DNA from: Vibrio vulnificus CMCP6
Lineage (GTDB): Bacteria > Pseudomonadota > Gammaproteobacteria > Enterobacterales > Vibrionaceae
Direction: 5' to 3'
Assembly (NCBI RefSeq): GCF_000039765.1
Contig: NC_004459.3
Location: forward strand, 1,830,001-1,862,000
DNA: 32,000 bases
The notes beneath the pieces are model-generated. The model saw nothing but the letters and a program-made list of their open reading frames with translations, was not told the origin of the DNA and did no database searches. Below, piece by piece: positions 28,228 through 32,000 of the stretch (positions are counted from its first letter, which is position 1; each line of letters opens with the position of its first letter). The position numbers and the translations under genes were made by a program.

Positions 28228-29076
28228 ATGAGTTTGAAACAAAGAATAATTACTGCACTAATTCTTGCACCTTTGGTAATCCTGGGGATTTTTGAATTAT
28301 CTCTACCACTTTTTATCGCAGCGCTTACAGCCGTGACTTTTTTGGGCTTTTGGGAGTGGACTCAATTTGTTGAGGCAAAGTCTCGTATCAAAGCCATGCT
28401 GCCAGCGGTTGTTGTGACGATCGGCAGTTTTTTCTGGATTGAAGCCGATTCTGCCAGTCTGAATCAAATTGGCCTGCCGCACTATCTCATGCTAGCAGCA
28501 GGCAGTATCTGGTGGCTCTATGCCAGTGCTTTGGCCATCACTTATCCTAAATCCACACAGAGTTGGCAAGGTCACAAACCTCTACGTCACCTTTTTGGCT
28601 TGCTTACCCTTATTCCTTTCATGTGGAGCGTGATTTTATTACGCGCCGTTGATATTGAAAGCGCCCCTTATTTTGGTGCAAAACTGGTGATGTTTGTGTG
28701 TCTCTTAGTTTGGGCAGCAGACAGCGGTGCCTATTTCGCGGGTAAAACTTTGGGTAAGCGTAAAATGGCACCTAAAGTGAGTCCAAACAAAACCATCGAA
28801 GGCCTTATTGGTGGCGTTATTACTGCCATTATTGTTGGTTGGTTCTTCTCTGGTTGGTTTGACATTCCATTCTCTAGCCCACTACACATGGTTTTGATTA
28901 CGCTTGCCACCGTGGTTATTTCGGTGCTTGGGGACCTTGTCGAAAGTATGTTTAAGCGAGAGTCGGGCATCAAAGACAGCAGTAATATCATTCCAGGTCA
29001 TGGCGGTATCCTTGACCGAATCGATAGCCTTACTGCCGCATTTCCGATTTTTGCTCTTCTTTATTTCTTGTTCTGA
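28228..29076 (+). CDS. cdsA: Phosphatidate cytidylyltransferase
   Basis: 282 aa; ...VSVLGDLVESMFKRESGIKDSSNIIPGHGGILDRIDSLTAAFPIFALLYF. Confidence 0.96.
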   Translation: MSLKQRIITALILAPLVILGIFELSLPLFIAALTAVTFLGFWEWTQFVEAKSRIKAMLPAVVVTIGSFFWIEADSASLNQIGLPHYLMLAAGSIWWLYASALAITYPKSTQSWQGHKPLRHLFGLLTLIPFMWSVILLRAVDIESAPYFGAKLVMFVCLLVWAADSGAYFAGKTLGKRKMAPKVSPNKTIEGLIGGVITAIIVGWFFSGWFDIPFSSPLHMVLITLATVVISVLGDLVESMFKRESGIKDSSNIIPGHGGILDRIDSLTAAFPIFALLYFLF

Positions 29077-29134
29077 TATTTATAAGGGGAGATGATGCCG
29101 TTTCCCCTTTTGTTTCTTTATTCGGTCAACAGTT

Positions 29135-30343
29135 ATGCAAAAGCTAACGATTCTAGGTGCAACAGGCTCAATTGGTGCAAGCACTCTAAAAGTCATTGAA
29201 CAAAACCCAGATAAGTTTTCTGTGGTTGCCTTGGCTGCAGATTCAAATGTGGAGAAAATGCAGCAACTTTGCCAACGATGGCAGCCGGAATACGCTGTTA
29301 TGGCCAATAAAGAAGCTGCGCTGCGTCTTAAAATGGCGCTTGCCGTCTTGGCTCCCAACACACAAGTTCTTGGTGGACAAGAAGCACTTTGCTATGTCGC
29401 TACGCTTGAGCAGGTAGACAGCGTGATGGCCGCGATTGTTGGAGCGGCAGGTCTAGTCCCTACCATGGCGGCAGTCAAAGCAGGCAAACGTATTTTGCTG
29501 GCGAATAAAGAAGCCTTAGTCATGTCTGGGCAACTGTTTATTGATGAAGTCGAAAAATCAGGCGCTCAGTTGTTGCCTGTAGACAGTGAACATAACGCCA
29601 TTTTTCAATGTTTACCTCAAACCGTTCAGGGCAATCTTGGTCGCTGTGACTTAGCGTCTCAAGGGGTGAGCCATATCCTATTGACCGGTTCTGGTGGGCC
29701 GTTTCGTTACACTGATGTGGCCGAATTAGAAGCAGTGACACCAGAGCAGGCGATTGCTCATCCTAACTGGTCTATGGGGCCAAAAATTTCGGTTGATTCT
29801 GCGACGATGATGAATAAAGGCTTAGAGTATATCGAAGCCAAATGGTTATTTAATGCCAGCAGAGATCAGCTTAAAGTGATCATTCATCCCCAGTCAGTGA
29901 TCCATTCGATGGTGCAATATCTCGATGGCTCGGTGTTGGCTCAGATGGGTGAGCCAGACATGGCGACGCCGATTGCGTTAACCCTGTCTTACCCCGAACG
30001 CGTTAAAGCGGGTGTGAAACCGTTGGATTTCACACAAGTTGGCGAACTCACTTTCCTACAACCTGATTTTGAACGTTACCCGTGTTTGGCACTAGCGATT
30101 GAGGCGTGTTACTTAGGTCAGCATGCGACAACGACGCTTAATGCTGCCAATGAAGTGGCGGTGGCGGCATTTCTTGCTCGCCAAATTAAATTTACAGATA
30201 TCGCCAGGGTGAATGACTCAGTTTTAAACCAAGTATGTAAACAGTCGTTAGCATCCGGCCTAGATAGCTTGGAAAGCTTATTAGAGCTCGATAGAATGGC
30301 AAGAACATTAGCCGATGAAGTTGTTAGAGAGCGTGCACAATGA
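29135..30343 (+). CDS. dxr: 1-deoxy-D-xylulose 5-phosphate reductoisomerase
   Basis: 402 aa; [28 protein letters not shown]...[15 protein letters not shown]. Confidence 0.97.
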   Translation: MQKLTILGATGSIGASTLKVIEQNPDKFSVVALAADSNVEKMQQLCQRWQPEYAVMANKEAALRLKMALAVLAPNTQVLGGQEALCYVATLEQVDSVMAAIVGAAGLVPTMAAVKAGKRILLANKEALVMSGQLFIDEVEKSGAQLLPVDSEHNAIFQCLPQTVQGNLGRCDLASQGVSHILLTGSGGPFRYTDVAELEAVTPEQAIAHPNWSMGPKISVDSATMMNKGLEYIEAKWLFNASRDQLKVIIHPQSVIHSMVQYLDGSVLAQMGEPDMATPIALTLSYPERVKAGVKPLDFTQVGELTFLQPDFERYPCLALAIEACYLGQHATTTLNAANEVAVAAFLARQIKFTDIARVNDSVLNQVCKQSLASGLDSLESLLELDRMARTLADEVVRERAQ

Positions 30344-31698
30344 CAGATATCTTGTGGAACCTAGTCTCCTTTATCGTTGCGCTGGGCATCTTGGTGGCCG
30401 TGCACGAGTTTGGCCACTTTTGGGTCGCGCGCCGTTGTGGCGTGAAAGTAGAGAAGTTTTCAATTGGCTTCGGTAAATCCATTTGGAGTAAGGTCGGCCA
30501 AGACGGCACCGAGTACAGTATTTCCGTGATCCCTTTAGGGGGCTACGTCAAAATGCTGGATGGACGTGTTGATGAACTCAATGACGATGACCGTCAATAT
30601 GCTTTTGATAGCAAACCGTTATGGAAGCGTACTTCCATCGTCGCCGCAGGGCCGATATTTAACTTCTTGTTTGCGATTTTTGCCTACTGGTTAGTCTTTC
30701 TCATCGGTATACCAGCCGTCAAACCTGTGATTGGCCCTGTGACCCCGCATTCTATTGTCGCTGAAGCGGGAATTGAAACCGGAATGGAACTAAAAGCCAT
30801 TTCAGGTATCAAAACTCCCGATTGGGAATCGGTCAACATGCAGTTGATTTCTCATATTGGTGATGCCCAGATGGCGGTTACGGTAGCGCCTTCCGAGGAA
30901 ATAGGCTCCGAACGCACGGTGATGTTGGATATTTCCAATTGGAAGTTTGACCCTGAAAAAGAGTCAGCGATGTTGTCACTCGGTTTTCGTCCTTTTTCGC
31001 CTGAGATCTTCACGCGTTTAGCTAATGTTTCTCAAGGTGGTGCAGGAGAAAAAGCGGGCTTAGTGAACGGTGACCGATTGGTGGCCATCGATCAACAACC
31101 AATTGAACAGTGGGATGATGTTGTAGAGTGGATTCGTTCGAATCCTTCTAAATCATTGTCTGTTGAAGTTGAGCGTGCTGGGCAGAGGCAAGTGCTCACA
31201 TTAACACCAGACAGCCGTTCGTTGTCTGATGGTAGTGTGATCGGTTTTGCAGGTATTGCTCCAGAAGTCGCAGAATGGCCGGAAAGTTATCGCTTCGATC
31301 TCCAATTTGGTGTATTCGAATCTGTAGCCAAAGCCGTTGAGAAAACTGGGCAAGTTATCGATCTGACCATTAGCATGCTGAAGAAGCTGATAACTGGTGA
31401 TGTGGGTTTAAATAACCTAAGCGGACCGATCTCTATTGCCAAAGGTGCAGGCGCCACAGCAGACTATGGCTTAGTCTACTTTCTTGGCTTTCTTGCCCTT
31501 ATCAGTATCAACTTAGGGATAATTAACTTAGTGCCACTTCCAATGTTAGATGGTGGACATCTGTTGTTTTTTGCCATTGAGGCAGTCATCCGACGTCCAG
31601 TGCCTGAGAAAATTCAGGAAATGGGATACCGCATCGGCGGTGCAGTGATTTTTTCACTGATGGCGTTGGCATTATTTAATGATTTTACTCGTCTGTGA
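30340..31698 (+). CDS. rseP: Site-2 intramembrane metalloprotease RseP (RIP)
   Basis: 452 aa; [29 protein letters not shown] (HExxH), tandem PDZ regions, [13 protein letters not shown]; 4-bp overlap with dxr. Confidence 0.96.
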   Translation: MTDILWNLVSFIVALGILVAVHEFGHFWVARRCGVKVEKFSIGFGKSIWSKVGQDGTEYSISVIPLGGYVKMLDGRVDELNDDDRQYAFDSKPLWKRTSIVAAGPIFNFLFAIFAYWLVFLIGIPAVKPVIGPVTPHSIVAEAGIETGMELKAISGIKTPDWESVNMQLISHIGDAQMAVTVAPSEEIGSERTVMLDISNWKFDPEKESAMLSLGFRPFSPEIFTRLANVSQGGAGEKAGLVNGDRLVAIDQQPIEQWDDVVEWIRSNPSKSLSVEVERAGQRQVLTLTPDSRSLSDGSVIGFAGIAPEVAEWPESYRFDLQFGVFESVAKAVEKTGQVIDLTISMLKKLITGDVGLNNLSGPISIAKGAGATADYGLVYFLGFLALISINLGIINLVPLPMLDGGHLLFFAIEAVIRRPVPEKIQEMGYRIGGAVIFSLMALALFNDFTRL

Positions 31699-31743
31699 TG
31701 GTTCAGAGACAAAGAGCAGTAGCAAGGAATAATTAAAACAATT

Positions 31744-32000
31744 ATGGCGATCAAGCAGATTCTGTTCGCAACATTATTGGCAACCAGCGTGTCCGCAAAC
31801 GGAGCCCAAAACTTTGTTGTACAAGACATTAAAATTGAAGGACTACAGCGTGTAGCACTCGGTGCTGCATTGCTTAAAATGCCCGTCCGCGTGGGTGATA
31901 CGGTTGAACAAAAAGACGTATCGGCGATCATTAAGGCGTTATACGCATCAGGTAACTTTGAGGATGTCAAAGTTCTCCGTGATGGCGATGTGCTGATAGT
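31744..32000 (+). CDS. bamA: Outer membrane protein assembly factor BamA (5' partial)
   Basis: Manual translation [86 protein letters not shown]; signal peptide and first POTRA domain. Confidence 0.96.
   Translation, partial: MAIKQILFATLLATSVSANGAQNFVVQDIKIEGLQRVALGAALLKMPVRVGDTVEQKDVSAIIKALYASGNFEDVKVLRDGDVLI

Noticed and set aside
1-32000. Prophage, transposon or integron content
   Set aside because: No integrase, transposase, attC-like repeats or phage structural genes were seen on either strand.

Overview
This window is a Vibrio-like (gammaproteobacterial) chromosomal segment. It is dense and mostly syntenic housekeeping DNA. The recognisable genes are proS, trmO, rpmE2/rpmJ2, an AbgT transporter, yaiI, yqcC, truC, glnD, map, rpsB, tsf, pyrH, frr, uppS, cdsA, dxr, rseP and the 5' end of bamA. 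Four points stand out. (1) A minus-strand block at 9573-14730 holds five overlapping genes: KAS III-like synthase, NAD-dependent 3b-HSD/epimerase-like reductase, metallo-beta-lactamase-fold hydrolase, PaaK/F390-synthetase-like adenylating enzyme and ATP-grasp ligase. It looks like a compact small-molecule pathway that I cannot match to a named one. (2) A ~400-nt GGA-rich CsrB-family sRNA at about 15922-16322 has a textbook GacA/VarA box (TGTGAG-N6-CTTACA) upstream and no entry in the ORF track. (3) frr carries an apparent 1-nt deletion in a C-run. Restoring the base gives a full-length 185-aa protein, and because frr is essential an assembly or sequencing error is likely. (4) A 7-bp TAGGATC tandem array, with a Dam site in every unit, sits just after a terminator. 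The left edge holds the N-terminal half of a secreted protein with chitin-binding-like and Ig-like segments. It runs off the window and is missing from the ORF track.
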